This document shows positions 25,174 through 40,289 of a stretch of DNA of 64,000 nt, piece after piece. The notes below the pieces were generated by a model, which saw only the letters and a list, made by a program, of their open reading frames with translations, was not told the DNA's origin and made no database searches. Both the position numbers and the translations under genes were made by a program. The DNA comes from Balanoglossus misakiensis (lineage: Eukaryota; Animalia; Hemichordata): NCBI GenBank assembly GCA_040954595.2, contig CM082592.2, forward strand, positions 5,692,208-5,756,207, given 5' to 3'. The first letter of the stretch is position 1. The number at the start of each line of letters is the position of its first letter.

Positions 25174-26255
25174 ATGGGTGGTTTTTGGCTCGTACCCGTG
25201 ATCGGCGTCTGTCTCTGGGCCGCTCAGACGCATTCGCAGGGTGAGTACGCGCGCACGTCGCGTTATGCCAGTTTGGAATTGAAAATCCGACGAACGTCAT
25301 TTTCACTTACTTTAATTGGCATCAGCCTTTTCGTTTGGTGTTCAACGCTGCCAGTACGCAATAGCCCGTTGATGCAAACCTATACCACTGTCACGTTTTG
25401 CGCATGCCCGATGAGGTGTGTTTCAACCGAATCTCTACATCAGTAGCTTATAGGCAAAATACCTCTTCATTACGAAAGGCAAATACGATTGCCAATCGTA
25501 GTAATTTTATTTTGTATCAGGGCATTTCAATCAGACAGAGAAACTGCAGAAGGCAATTTTAATGGCCGAGAAAAGCACAGCGTGTTCGGGCGACATCGCT
25601 TAAGTGCGGATGTTCTGCTGGGTTTTTTGAATGGTTTCGCATTAAAAATTAATAATACATGCAGCTGTGTGTCAAATTGTATTATTTATTCTTGTACGCT
25701 GCCTACTGTGGCTTGTCACACGTACAAATCTAACCGTGTGCAGAAATGTAGACAGAGAATACGATCCGTGTATACGGACTGCCATATGAGTGCTTCAGGC
25801 AGCATTAAGATTTCAGCGCAAGAATTCTATTAAATAAAACATTTTTTTGTTTGAAATTTTAGGATGTAATTACAATCCCTGTCAGAACGGAGGAACCTGT
25901 ATACAGGCCACCAACAGCTTCGGCTACATCTGTCAGTGTTTTGCGATCTATCACGGACAGGATTGCGAGGCTGTCATCGCAGGTAAGATGTATATGTTGG
26001 GTTATTATCCGCGTAAACCTATGACTGAAATGCCATACAATAAACTAATCATGTCTGTTGCGTTGGTAAACATGGCGTACTTATTGTTCTCCAATACATT
26101 AATCAAATACAATAGCATCTCATGATATTTGTCATTTTACAAAAAAAAATGTGTTACCTCCGACACATACCATACGGTTGTCGTGTATTGTTTTTCTACA
26201 GAGTGAGATACAAAGAGTGGTGCTACAGGACCGACTGTAATCCATGTAGCACCTG

Positions 26256-26287
<32 letters not shown>

Positions 26288-29200
26288 TGTCTGTCTGTCT
26301 ATCCGTCACCTGTCTGTGTGGGTGTGCGCGCGCGTGTGTGTTACAGCTATTTTGACCTACCTGTTCTAGGGAATTGTTTTCTATGCTAATACAGGGTGTG
26401 CAAATAGTTGTGTACGCATCCCTATGATTATGACATGACTGCGAAAGTTTTCCTGTGCCTTAGTTAATGTTACAAAAACCATGGCAACGTCACGTTTGCC
26501 GAGTCACTGTTGAAGCTATCGACTCCTCTTTCCACCGCAGATCGCTCACCATGCGGCATGAACTACCACCTACCATCCGGGGCCTTATCGTCACCGAACT
26601 ACCCTAATCACTACGGCAACCGAATGAAATGCTACTACTTCATCAAAGTGCGAAACCTGGACGGCCAGCCGGAAATTTACCTGTCGTTCTCTGCGTTCCA
26701 ATTGGAGGACAGGAAAGACTACCTGTTCATCGGCGTGGGACCCCGAGCCGACATCGACCAAGTCAGTGCGCATGCTCTCACTGGCTACGTCATCCCTTCG
26801 CCGATAACGCTTTTCAGCGACCAGATTTGGCTCGTCTTCGTCGCCGACGGCAGTACCAGTGCCAATGGATGGCAGATTACCTATGTATCAGGTATCTATT
26901 TTCCCGCCATTGTTTCAACACTATCATCGTGAAGAAACTGTTGAATCAAGAGGCTTGTGCTTGGGTGTTTCAAAGAAAACTGTGCTGTTATTCCAGCGTG
27001 GTCTTTGCAGTACTGTACATATGGTTATGCACCTATATACTTATACGAAGTGAATGAGTGTATATAATAGCCCAATCTTGTAATTATGACGCTTGCACTC
27101 GTATCTCCACAGGCAACCTGTGTGCAAGCAATCCGTGCATGAATGACGCCATCTGCAACAACAACTATGTTTACTACTCGTGTAGCTGCACGCCCGGTTG
27201 GACGGGAGACAGGTGTGAAACAGGTATGATAATGATGCATGCAGGACAATTGTTGTCAAAAAAGCATATGCAGCCGACGTTAAATTCTTCCATCCATCCT
27301 GACGTCAGTCTGTCTGTCTGTCTGTCTGTCTGTCAGTTGGTTGGTTGATCGGTCGGTCAGAGCAGTCACACACTCTCTTTTTGAATGGGGGCGCTTGTCA
27401 TCTTGCGCATTTCCCATAATACCCCGTATGTATGAACGATTCAAAATAGCGTAATATCATTAGACCCAGGATAAACCCCCCATAGGGCTTGTTCTTGTGT
27501 GTATATATATAGTTTTAGCTTCTGTACAATTTCCTGAATTTATGAACGACAGGAAGTGCAGCCTTCGCCGTGTAGTCCTCGCAATATAAATTCATTGCTC
27601 TGTCACTTCCAGCAGTAGAAGCCTGCCTTAGCAACCCTTGCCTAAACGGGGCCACCTGTCATAATGTCGGTGTTAACTATGTTTGCGAGTGCTCTGAAGG
27701 TTGGAGTGGTCGAAATTGTCAAACTGGTAAAGTAGTTAGTTATTTTGTTAGCTTTACGTCGACCATCTTTGGTGAGTGGCGGGGCAGTGGTATAAAATAC
27801 TATAGCCATAATGTGTGCTGACAATAAATGAAATTAATAGAGGCTACTCGCTTGTTAGATGTCGTATTTTGGGTTACAAAACGATAACAGTGTTGGTAGT
27901 GACACCATATTTTCATATTTCTGGTAATTGTTCTCAAAAAAAGTGACTAACTGTTTATTCGCGTTTAATTCACCGTTTTGCTGAAAGCGCTAACCCCGGA
28001 ACCATGCGAGAGCAGTCCTTGCCAAAACGGCGGGGCGTGTGTTCAGGATCACGAAAAATACCTTTGTCGCTGCTCGAATGAATGGACGGGCGTCCACTGT
28101 GAGCTTCCTGGTATGTTGTGTGTGGAAACGGTTGCCGTGAAATGTTTTCTGCAGTCGTTGCCGGTTTTGTTATACCATCCTTTCTGGACACAGCGTTTCC
28201 GCTAATCGCAACGTATACAACTGACCTTTCCTGCACTTTCCAATATGGTGGCAAGCTAAATGCTATAGGTCCGTATTATAAGTCCTCGTGTATTTTTTGT
28301 GGGGAGACATATGTTTGGTTCGCCGCATGTGATTAATAGTTTAATACATTAGTTTTCTGCACTTTTATTGACGCGTTTTCTTCCGAATGGATAGATTTGT
28401 GGTCGGCGCTGATATTAATCGACACATCTGTACTTTCATGACATTTGACCCTTTCTCAAGTGAAATGTGCTTTTTCTGCTCTCAACTTTGTTCAGGTTTT
28501 CTGCTTCGATAGTTGCGATGCTTAGCGTTCATGTCGTTCATTGTGTCTGGTTGTCTTCTCAGGTGTGACAAAGACCCACATCCCACTGTGAACAATTTGC
28601 TCTGCTCATTTCTTGATACACGTAATTTGCTTTGGGTGCTGGTTTGCGGGTTGCGTTTGACAGATGTTTTCTTCGAAAATTAAATTGAAAGAATACAAGG
28701 CGTTACGTCATCATGTGCATTCATTCCCTTCTTTGTTTTCTTTCTCTCGCTTTGTTTTCATCGAAGCCGTCAATCCGTGTTGGTCTCTTCCATGCTTCAA
28801 CGGCGGCACCTGTGATTGGCTGACCGACACCAATGCGTACAGTTGCACCTGCCCGGCCACGTGGACTGGAAACAACTGCGAGATGGGTAAGTCATTTGTT
28901 ATGAAAATGCAAGTATCTTTACACGTCATCCCATGCAGAACAAGCATGTCGAGATTTACGATAGGAGTTTCATGCTTTCTGTATATTCCCCTGTACGTGC
29001 TCGAAGAATGAAGGTGGGGTTTGTCAGTACATTTATTTTTATGACCATGTCTTGGTGGGTCGCGTGAAGTGAGCTTGCTACTGAGAGATGTTTTCTCTTG
29101 ATCGTAGCAGATACGGCGGATTAGCCTTGCTCCAACTAATCCTCGAGGGACTATAAATTTCACTAAAACTGTCTCTTTACACTTTTCCTACTCGCGTGCG

Positions 29201-32200
29201 CCTTTCCGTCATGCAATACGGACGTACCGCGGTATACGTATGCGCACGACGCGGCATCTGGCGTAGATATACTGGACTACCTCAACCCGTGCACCAGTAA
29301 CCCGTGCAGCAACGGGGGCCTGTGCGAGAATGTCCCCGGCCACATCCAGTATTACTCCTGCTCTTGCTCAACGGGGTGGACGGGTGCCCTTTGTGAACAA
29401 GGTACAAACTACTTTTTACCAAAAAATCAGTTCCTTTATAGAGTGGATTGGTCTGTTGTTTTATGTATTACCACTGTGGTTTGTTTGACACCATAATGTG
29501 CATGGTCGGTCTGTTTTGCTCCTCTCCAGGACGCGTACGGTTATCAATATCACCTGGGTGTCAATGAGCATACCGGTATCTTCATTTCTACAATCAGCGA
29601 CGTGCTCTGGTATTCAAGTCTTTGTGTGCAGCCCCCCCCCCCCCATTGTTTTTCCAAGTGACGGAGATTCCTCGATTGTAAATAGTTGTTAATTGGACAC
29701 CGATCTCTTACATTTTCTGTCTTTGACCACCGCAGCTGTGCATCCGTGTGCGTACTATCCGTGTCGGAACGGCGGCGTCTGCAGCAGCCCGACGGACAAT
29801 ACCTACATCTGTCAATGCAATCAGTATTTCACTGGAGATAATTGCGAGACGGGTAGACATTACAGCTTGAACGTTGTATTTTATTTGGAATGCTATTTGG
29901 TGTGTTGCTGAGTTCGGGTTTGATTTCCTTATTGTCGAGTTCTTGTTTCAAGATGGCGACTCTGTATACCTTCTGTGATATTGCCATGGATACGTACTTA
30001 TCCCTCGGTCTTCAGTCATCCGTGTTATGTCGTCTACCACTTGGCTTGACAGCGTGATTATCGTGCAGTTTATTAGAATTTGCCTCTTATGTTCTGAATG
30101 CACTGAGGTTGTGTGGCGTGTTTCAATTATTCCTTTCTTAGGAAAGCTTGTTTTTTGGAAACTAATAAGAGCCTATGCCCCTTTCTGTGCTGCACTGTAC
30201 TTGTAGCCGTTAATCGTCCCATGAATCCTTGCGACAGCAATCCGTGTCAAAATGGCGCAACCTGCGAAAACGTCGACAATGATGTGCGTTACTACACATG
30301 TTATTGCCCGCCATCTTGGATCGGTGCACTGTGCCAAACGTTAATAGGTATATGCATGTGGATTTCATTGTTTTTCAAACGAAAATGTGAGTCCTGCTTT
30401 GTCGATAACAGGGAATACATGTATTACCAATAAAGGTTCCAGGAAAAATTGAACAACTTTAAACCTCTCTAGTCTTTGCTATTTGCTGATTCGTCAATGA
30501 AACCAAGTTGAACAATCTATGCCCCTATGTTCATTAAACTTGAATTACAGCAAATATTTCCCGCTTCTACCTACAGCTAACCCCTGTGGTCTCCAACCAT
30601 GTCGTAACGGAGGCATTTGCAGCGACCTGGGTACGAGCTACACATGCACGTGTCCCTACGGAATTACTGGGGGATACTGTGAAATCGGTAAGAGACGTTG
30701 GACTGGTGTGGGAACCTCACACATTATTAATTCAGCGACGAAAGAAACTGGCAGATTACTTCTGCGATAAACAGCACTAATAGCATTGAAGAGGAATATC
30801 TGTAACATTTTCAGAATTATTAGAAGGGTTTAGTTACACGTCGTCTTATTTTTTTGTCCACAGAGGTAAATCCTTGCACGAGCAATCCGTGTCAAAATGG
30901 CGGCACCTGTTCCAACTTCGTCTCTATGTATCTCTGTTCCTGTCCCACGGATTACACGGGAAGAAGGTGTGAAACAGGTAATCTAGCCACATTCATGATA
31001 AAATGATACAAAATGGAAAGTGAGTACGACATTTATCCCATCAGTGATATTTTCGCCGGTCAGGTGTTTTATACATTAATTTTTGAACAGTTATTTCACT
31101 TGGCACATCATTCGTTTTATTTGTCAGCCAACCCGTGCTATTTCGCCCCATGCCTCAACGGCGGAACGTGTTCCAACGCTGGAGATAACTTTGTTTGTCA
31201 GTGTCCGGTAGAATGGTCTGGTCAAACCTGCACCACGCGTGAGTAAAAGTAATTCAAAGTATAGACTTGGTTGTGTTGTTTTTCTGAAGGCAAAGGAATA
31301 ATTATTTCCAGAAGTAAAATGAGATTTTCTATAATGGACTTGTCAACATAGTCTGTGCGCAATTCATATTCAAGTTTTAATTATTGTATAGTCAGATGAC
31401 AGTGGACGATCCGATGTTTATTTTTTATAATTCCGTTTTCAATCATTTCGCTCCAGCCACCAATCCCTGCTACAGTAACCCGTGTGCAAATGGAATATGC
31501 TTTCCTCGGAATAACTACGACTCGTTCTTCTGTCAGTGCAGTGCTGGTTGGACGGGTACAACGTGTTTAGAACGTGAGCAATTACAATACATGTATATCC
31601 GTGTGTGGTTCTATGGTGCAAGTGTGTATGTATGTATGTCAGTATAACTTCATGCATACATGTACATGCATGCATGTGGCTGGGTATTTACTTTTTGGAA
31701 CTTACAATAATGAGCCTCATCATACAATCCATAGTTGACCTTTGCCTCAATTTTGCAGGCGTTAATCCCTGTGATTCTAATCCTTGCCTGAATGACGGTG
31801 AATGCGCCAATGAAGTCGTCCGATTCATCTGTACATGTGCGCCAGGATGGAGTGGATTATATTGTGAGACAGGTAAGCCAAACTCTGTTCGCTACAGTTA
31901 ATTTTCTTACAAGTTTCCGATTAACTCAAATATATTATATCAACTTTATGACTGTCTTCTGTGCCAATGGATGCAGCAATCTGAGTTCTAACCGATATTA
32001 TCTGTAATTTAACTTTTAGAGCTTGACCCGTGCGTTAGTAATCCGTGCTTCAACTCCGGTGTCTGTCTACGAGACAGCGATGGATACCAGTGCGACTGCG
32101 CGTTTGGATACACCGGCGAAAACTGCGAACGGCGTAAGTTCTGCGTCTTTGTGTTTCACGCCAACTGTGGCCACACATAGATTGAATTTACAGCATCGTC

Positions 32201-35200
32201 GCTTTCAGTAAAAAATAAACTGCCGAAATCTCTCAAGATGAATAATAAACCTGATAAATTGTTTCATATTTTACAGAGACGACTCCTTGTGACGACAACC
32301 CGTGTCAAAATGGCGGCATCTGCGTAAACAATATCCTCGGTTATCGCTGTATCTGCAGTACTAACTTCACTGGAGACAACTGTGAGACGGGTAAGATGAA
32401 TTTCGTGTGTTGACAAGAAATCGTTGCTCTTGTAAAAATTGTATGTTGCATTATTTCATTCTTCATGTAAGATAGTAACAATATGACTGCTTAAAACCTA
32501 CATGTATACACAACACACACTGATACAATTTTCTTTACTCCACCACAGAAAGCGGACCTTGTCTATCGAACCCGTGCTTAAACGGAGCAACGTGCGTCGA
32601 AAACGGTAATGGATACAGATGTCAGTGCGTGTTGGGTTGGCTGGGAATCCAATGTGAAATACGTAAGTTGTTACATAGTTGCCCGGACTTTGTGCCGATA
32701 TGTTCAGAATTCAAGAGCAAAGGTGAACGTGTCAAATTGAATGGTGTGCGTATGAAAAAAAATGTGTTATAAATGTCATATTTTTATTTAGTTGTTTTGT
32801 AGTCTGTCAATTGATGCCCTCTTCCACCCCTTTAAATTACACCCCACCCCTTACGTGGTTAAAAGTAAGCGAGTAAAGATTCTAGATATCAAAATGCTGC
32901 AATGTGCCTAATTTACATGTAAACTTTGTGTTATTTGTATGTGCATCTGTAGTTGACGCTTGCAGTAGTAGGCCATGTCAGAATGGTGGTTTGTGTTATA
33001 CAGCCTTGACTGTCTATAGGAATGCAACGACATATTTGTGTGTTTGTAACGGTGGGTTCACTGGTAAACAATGTGAAACAGGTAAGATAGTGAACTGCAT
33101 GCTTATTGTCGTATTTGCTTGCCAGTTAAATGTCCTTGTTGACCTTTGACCCTATACCAATATGGCGACCGCGACAAAGCTGACGACCACGACAAAGAAT
33201 GGAGTCAATATAAATACGCGATCTGTGAGTCCGTGTCTGTATGGGTGGTGTGGCGTGTCAAGAGTTGTCGTAATCCTAAAAGGCTCTTAGCAGTATATTT
33301 TACAACTTTGTGTAAAGAGAAAATTGCATCACGTATATTGCAAAGGAAACATTGCATATGAAACCATCGTTTTCCTATACGCATATTACACTTAGGGATT
33401 TGCGTTTGCAAAACTATAATTTGGATGCGTAGATGCGTAGTTTTACAGCTAAAAACGCTCTATCTTGTATATCCTTTCAGTGTACAGCCCATGTGACAGT
33501 GCCCCGTGTCTAAACAACGGCATGTGTGTAGAAGGAGCTGTGGAATATACGTGTGTTTGTGTGGGGTTCTGGACAGGACAACGCTGCGACATGGGTAAAC
33601 AAACAGTCTGTCGTATCGATGATACATGTACATTTATTCTTTTTCTATACCAGCATGTCATTTATGTTACTTTTCCGGTTGCCTTTGTTATTTACTTCCT
33701 TTGTGTATATTTGCCATTGTCACTGTTCACCCACGGTTAAATTAGGCATTATTCGTGATACTTTCTCATTTCTCCGGCGCATTTCATCTCATAGCGGTGG
33801 ATCCCTGTGCTGGCACGACGTGTCATAATGGCGGCACGTGCGTGACTGTTGAAGGCTCGGCGAGGTGCCAGTGTCAGCTCGGCTGGTCAGGTGACATCTG
33901 CAATGTAGGTAAGTGTGTAAGTCAGGGCTTCGATTTTATTGGGGGGGGGGGGGTTATAGGACCAGGGTTTACGCAAAAGGAGAATGTCTTACAGTAATAG
34001 AAGCACCTCCAGAAATCGTAGCCTGAGACCACTTGACGGTTAACCTGATTTCTTTCTGTTCCAGTTGTCGACCCATGTAACCCTAACCCCTGTATTGGTG
34101 GCGGAACGTGTATCCCATCACAGTCCTTGGAATCGTACAGCTGCGCATGCCCCACCGGAACAAACGGAACGCACTGTGAGCAAGGTAAAACATTTCGTTC
34201 ACAAAACTCGATAATTTATAAATAACCCACAACCGTTTCGGACCCAAAATGGGTTTGGAAAGTATTTTTTTTTTTTTTCAAAGTAATCACTTGAAATCGA
34301 ATATAAATAGAACATTTTATGTAATGTTATTGGTGGTAAGATTTGATAATTCGATCGACTAATGTAGGGGGTGTTGTTAATGTAATTCACAGTGGTATAT
34401 CCGTGCGATAGTGACCCTTGTCAGAATGGAGCAAGATGCGCCACGTTTGTGGATTACTACCAGTGTGTGTGTCAGCAAGGATGGACTGGAACAAACTGCG
34501 AGACTGGTGAGATGTAAAACACATTATGACGATTCTCGATTTTACTCATGGTCCTATCTACCCCAGTTTAGGACTCGACAGGGATATATTTTGTACTTGC
34601 AACCAACCCTAATTGCTTTGTCAAGGATTTCATCATGGACCCTTCTCGTCATAGGCCTATGGTCTTGGCATTATAATCATATATTTTGACAATCCGGTAG
34701 ACCTGTTCTAGAAATAATGAAGACCGAATCATTTTGTGTGATTCTATTTTGTTTCTTTCTATGATTACATCGCAGAATATGACCCATGTGGAAGCGACCC
34801 TTGTCGTAATGGCGGAACTTGCGAAATGACGTCAAACGACGCAATTTCCTGTGATTGCGTTTCCGGCTGGATCGGTGAACACTGTCAGATAGGTAAGCAG
34901 TACAAATCTGCGTGTTTATTTGTGTGTTTGTCCGTTCTTTGGTAGTTAGGTAGGTTGGTTGGTTGGTGCATACTCCGCGGCAGCCACATACACAATCCAT
35001 ATTGCAGACGGTATGTTGTCGAAAAAAATTGTAACATAACGTTATCTTCTATTTCAGTTGATCTTTGCGCCAGCAGACCGTGTCAAAATGGCGGCTTTTG
35101 TGTTAACTACCAAACTCACTACACGTGCAACTGTGTGTCACACTGGATGGGGACAAACTGCGACATATGTAAGTCTAAGCTTATATTCTGTGTCGTTCGT

Positions 35201-38200
35201 CTTGACAGTTTGACCGTCAAAATATATGATTATACTTTCAGGCTATTGCTATGGGAAACCATGAACGGTGACACCTAGCACTTAGCAACCAACCACAGCC
35301 TATAGTTTTGTGCCTTTATATTACAGTGTCCAACCCGTGTATCAGCAACCCGTGCCAGAATGATGGCGTGTGTTACATCACCGCGGACCTGCTCTTCTTT
35401 TGCCAATGCAACAAGGGATTCACTGGTACCAGATGCGAAACAGGTATAGGGTAACGCTTTATGTCAAATATATTTACTATTTTTCACTGTCGTGTTTAGC
35501 ACGGTTATCCTAAAATTTGACCACGTTTCACTTCCAGAGATCAACTTCTGCGATTACAATCCCTGTCGAAATGGCGGTGAATGCCAACAGTTGCAAACAT
35601 CTTACTCCTGCAGATGCCAGCCTGGCTTCGCGGGTCCAAATTGCGAAACCGGTGAGTTACATCACTGTCAGTATACGTTGTTATCAGCGAAACCAAAAGA
35701 GAGGTCGTTTGCATTTGTTTGTGTCCTTCAGAGGGCGCTGTGACAGTATTTTCAATAGTATATCTCTGAGGAAGAATCCATTTTGTTTAGTTTTGTTTTA
35801 TTTTGCTTTGTTTTACAGTGATAGATCCCAACAATCCTTGTTCCAGTAATCCGTGTCAAAATGGTGGAGTTTGCTATACTTCTGATAATGTTAATAATCA
35901 GTATTTCATCTGCCAGTGTTTGGATGGTTGGGTTGGTGATCTGTGTCAGATTAAAGAGGGTGGTGAGTTATTTTTATGAAAAAAATCGTATCAAAACCAA
36001 TTTCATTTATGTTCGTGTCCTTATTTTTGTCTAGAAAATCCACAATTTTACTGATGTTTCAATTCACATGTTCTCTTTAAAAACAGATAACCCCTGCGAA
36101 GCTATTTCTTGTCACAACGGAGGGGAATGTTTCACGTCGACTGAATACCCCTTTTATATATGCGTCTGTCGTTCTGGATGGATGGGACCAACCTGCCAGC
36201 AAGGTAACAAATGCACTTCCTTGTGGTGGTGGCGGTGAGGGGGAGGAGGAAGATAATTATTTGCGCTCACATCCCTTCATCATTTAAAATTTATGCCATT
36301 ATGTCGTTATACATTTTACAGTTGAGTCTGGCCTATCCCTGTCTAAATGGCGGCACGTGTTACCATACAAGTATAGACTACATATGCAAGTGTGCGGGCA
36401 ACTGGACAGGAAGACATTGCGACCAACGTAGGTCATACTTTACGCGAAATTCACTACACTATGAGTCGGTGATTACCGCATGAGCGCTTTCTTTCATGTC
36501 AAATCAGTTAATTTCTCTTTCTCTTGTTTTTGATGATCGTATGGGGGGATAATTTTGAAACAAAGGTGGACTCGATGTAAGTGATTCTTTACTTATCGTC
36601 GTTATTTATTTGCAGCTGCAGAACCATGCAAGAGTAATCCGTGCAAGAATGATGCCGAGTGCACGCCAACGTCCATCGGTTTTCACTGCGCATGCCCGTC
36701 TGGATTCACCGGCGCAACCTGTAGTGTAGGTCAGTGCTCTTTCAATACTTGTGCCAGACTACAGGAAAAATGACAACAAAACAAATTGGTTTATGAAACG
36801 TGCGCTAGAAAAGGTGTAAAGAGCGCATATTCAACTGGAAATTCGCTGTAATTTGATTAAGGATCTCCAAGCTTTAAATCGTATTAGTTACCACAAAACA
36901 ATTTAAGGATTCTATAACATTAATCCTGTTAACAAAGACTTTGCCCGTGGTAGTTTTTTCTTATCATACAAGGTATTAAAACCCGATTTGGCGTCGTTCG
37001 TTGTGTCACGGATGAACTGAACGATCTGTTTGGTCATTAATATTATGATGAAGTGTAATTATGAATATTTTATGAGCGTCTGTGCATTTAATTTGCTCAT
37101 ATATAGTTTGTTTACGAGTGCTATTTTTAAATGGAATCGTTCTGCAAACAGGCGGCAAATCGCTTTAACTTTGATGGTACCTAAAAGGCACCAACCAGAA
37201 ATCAAATGGTTTTCGCTGCGCATGTCTGCCTGGCGCCTGGTTACCATAGTAACATACTGACCATGGCTAAAAATATGGATTTTTCTCCCTCTCTTTTTCA
37301 GCAATGGATCCATGCGAGAGCAGCCCGTGTTTGAACGAAGCAGAATGCTACCACCAGGCAAACGAGTATTACTGCGTCTGCGCAGACGGCTTCACTGGTA
37401 CAACGTGCGAAACAGGTCAGTGCTTTGCCGTCGGGTCATGGCCTTCGCAAATGCCAAGCCTCGTTATTTCTAGCATTTCTAATAAATTTAATATATACAG
37501 ACTGTACAAGTATACTTGAGCTTTGCAAATAATCGGTTCTCGTGAAGGCAATATGTATATTGTGAAAATATTAAAACAAATACCATGAAACAAGGATAAC
37601 CATATCGCCTATTTAAAATTCAAATGGTAAACGACGACGTGGGGCGTGGATATATATATACAATGTATATATATTTAACAACATGTTAATAAAGCTAAAT
37701 TTATCACAAGAGATACATCTGGATAGAAAATGATCGAATATATTATCGGACCATAGTTTTTTTAAATTTAACAGAAGAGATATCTGTCGTATCTGTCGGT
37801 ATCAAGTCGTTTTCTTTTGGGGAAAATCTGTGATGTGTACAGTTGTTGAAAATATCCCCTTCAGTTTGACCTTCGTGTAACGAAGATCATGTGACGAAAA
37901 ATACATTTGGCCTAAATAAGATTATATCAAAACAGTCGGTATCAAATTGTTTTCTCTATGAACATAATACATGTAGGCCTACTCAGAATATTCGAAAATG
38001 TGGTAGAATTTTCATTTCGTTCACTTCACTTCACTTCAGATGTCGATGAATGTGCGAGTCAGCCATGCCAGAACGGGGGCAGTTGTTCCGATCAGAGAAA
38101 CGCCTTTCTGTGTCTATGCATCACTGGTTACGCAGGATCGACATGCGAAGCCGGTAAACAAACCTTTTTCTCATTACGGTTGATTCGTGGAGAGTGTTTT

Positions 38201-38569
38201 GATAAAAACACCGCGAGAGGACATTTCTGTTAACACATATTTTCCAAGCAAATCTAAAGAACGTTGTATCCAACAGGTTGTTAAGCATATTTCCTCTCGA
38301 GACCTAACTGATAAATCCTATGAAGTTGTAAGGCTTCGAACGATTTCATGAAGATCAGCGGTTACTGACTGTTCGACGAGTAGAGGTTGTAGAGTAAGCA
38401 CTGGCAATTACTACGACGGCGGTAATAATACTGATTCACTAAACAGTAAATTTACTTCAATCTTTCAGCTCTGTTGGTATCAAGGGGAACACGTTCCACG
38501 CCGACACTTATCGAGCTACTATCAATCTGCGTCACTGGTTTCCTTATTTTAACCACATTACGAAGGTAG
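25174..38569 (+). CDS. EGF gene A: fibropellin-like signal peptide-EGF-CUB-(EGF)x30 with GPI-signal-like tail
   Basis: Signal exon 25174-25240 ([22 protein letters not shown]); EGF 25863-25982; CUB 26541-26891. EGF exons start at 27113, 27613, 27988, 28767, 29267, 29736, 30207, 30577, 30864, 31128, 31457, 31759, 32020, 32277, 32549, 32953, 33481, 33795, 34065, 34393, 34776, 35058, 35327, 35538, 35819, 36087, (36322 defective), 36616, 37302 and 38040. Last exon 38469-38569 encodes [33 protein letters not shown]. Introns are phase 1 GT-AG. AATAAA at 39226. Confidence 0.88.
26541..26891 (+). CDS. CUB-domain exon of gene A
   Basis: [31 protein letters not shown]...[18 protein letters not shown]...[20 protein letters not shown] is a canonical CUB pattern; 351 nt, phase 1-1. 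Confidence 0.93.
36322..36427 (+). pseudogene. Frameshifted EGF exon (pseudoexon) within gene A
   Basis: AG and GT sites are intact, but the exon is 106 nt (not 3n) and lacks the first Cys. The EGF frame ([13 protein letters not shown]...) is out of phase with the phase-1 acceptor. Confidence 0.7.
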
Positions 38570-40289
38570 CACATAGAGAAAGGCCAACAAACTCTGACCT
38601 TGGTGTCCACAGAACCTCTGACACCAGTATCCACACAAAATTTATTTGACATTGATACCAACCCTAACGTTGTAGAGGCCTCTATTAGTTTTCCTAATGG
38701 TGTTGGTTCAAACAGTATTCATTCATTCATACGTTGACCTACGCGTTATTGGTATTAACTATACAATGTATTTTACACATGGATATTGGTACTGAGATAA
38801 AATTTTAATTAATGTATAATACAGCATTTATCTGTTTATCTTTGGAACAATCATGAAAACTCCGTCCTGTCAGAATCGACAATTCGCGAAACGAAACATA
38901 TCTTTCCCAAAAAACGATTCTTTGCTTATGTGGTATCTAGGATTTGTCATGCGGTTTTAACTGTTCAGGGAGTGTTAAATGTGTTTCAGTTTGTAAGTAG
39001 AAGATAGAATACTTGTGTTTAAAACGGCATGACGTGTACTAGACAGCAGCAAGGCTTTTAGAATCAGCTGAAACATACATTGATATGTGTCGCATGTAAT
39101 CACCTAGAACATGAAAGAAATTCAACTGTTTCTTCGCTTCGTGTATAAAAGCATGTGATACCGATATTTAAAATTAATAGCCTGTATTTGATAATAGATT
39201 CCTATAGCTTTGTACTCAACATGTAAATAAAACACTTTTATGAACGTTGAATTCCAGATTTTGACTAAATTATTGATATTTACAGTTTTTGCGTGGCGTC
39301 ATTTTGGATAAATAAGTTTACAAACATTTAGATTAAAGCCAACAAAAGGTTAACAGCTGTGTTATTTTTAAATTCAAAACAAACAGCATGAATTGACATT
39401 TGTGTGGTCCCGCGTACTTTCATCGAGGTTTAACGCGAAGGCTTTCCGAAATTAACAAAGAAGACACGGCATATAATTTTTTGCGTGTCCTTCATCGCAA
39501 ACCCGCAGGCTGTGGCATTCCGCGATCGTTTGCCAATCGCCGAGTGACGTCTGTTAATCCGAACACAATGTCCAAATGTTGCTACCTGATAAGTGGACTA
39601 CGGTGTCATTTGCCGCAATGCTCTCATGTACACACTGACAACTATTGCGCTGTGCTCATACGATAAAAGTTGCTTTCAAAACTGGTTGTCCCGGTTTAAA
39701 TGTTATTCAAAAACTTTCCCCAATGCCATTGCACACCACAAAACGACGAGTGATACCTATGACGTGGACTGTGGTGGCGAGATTGGCATGAACAGTTATT
39801 CTGATTTAGGCTGGTACTGGTTTTATTGATTCAACCTTCAAAACATACTTGTTAATGAGATGAAAACAAAAGGAAACACTGTCACTGTAATTTCAACGGT
39901 TAAAATTCAATTAGTGACAGGTGTCATTAAATTCAAACTCATAATGAGATTTCGTGCAGACATGTATTCAGACTATTTGCATTCCTTGCCAGAGTGTGAT
40001 AGTAAATGCCCGCGTCGCGTCAACCAGTCAATCTAACTTATTTTCCGAGCACGTATGTCAAAGCGGCAGTCGATTATACAAGTAAACAGTCCACAAAACA
40101 ATTTATATAATGCGCCGTCTACTTTCACTGCCGCGCCATATTGGATCATCCACGCCATGCAAATTCTTTGAATATTAATGAGGCCGATCGAGCAGCTGTC
40201 CGCGCTCACCACGCGTAACTAAGCGAAGTAGTGTTGTTGTCGTTTTTATGTACCGCGGGAAGTGCGTACCATGTAAAATATTTACCACG

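Noticed and set aside
38154-40289. Avidin-like C-terminal exon expected of a true fibropellin
   Set aside because: No avidin-like sequence was found after either EGF array, so no fibropellin symbol was assigned.
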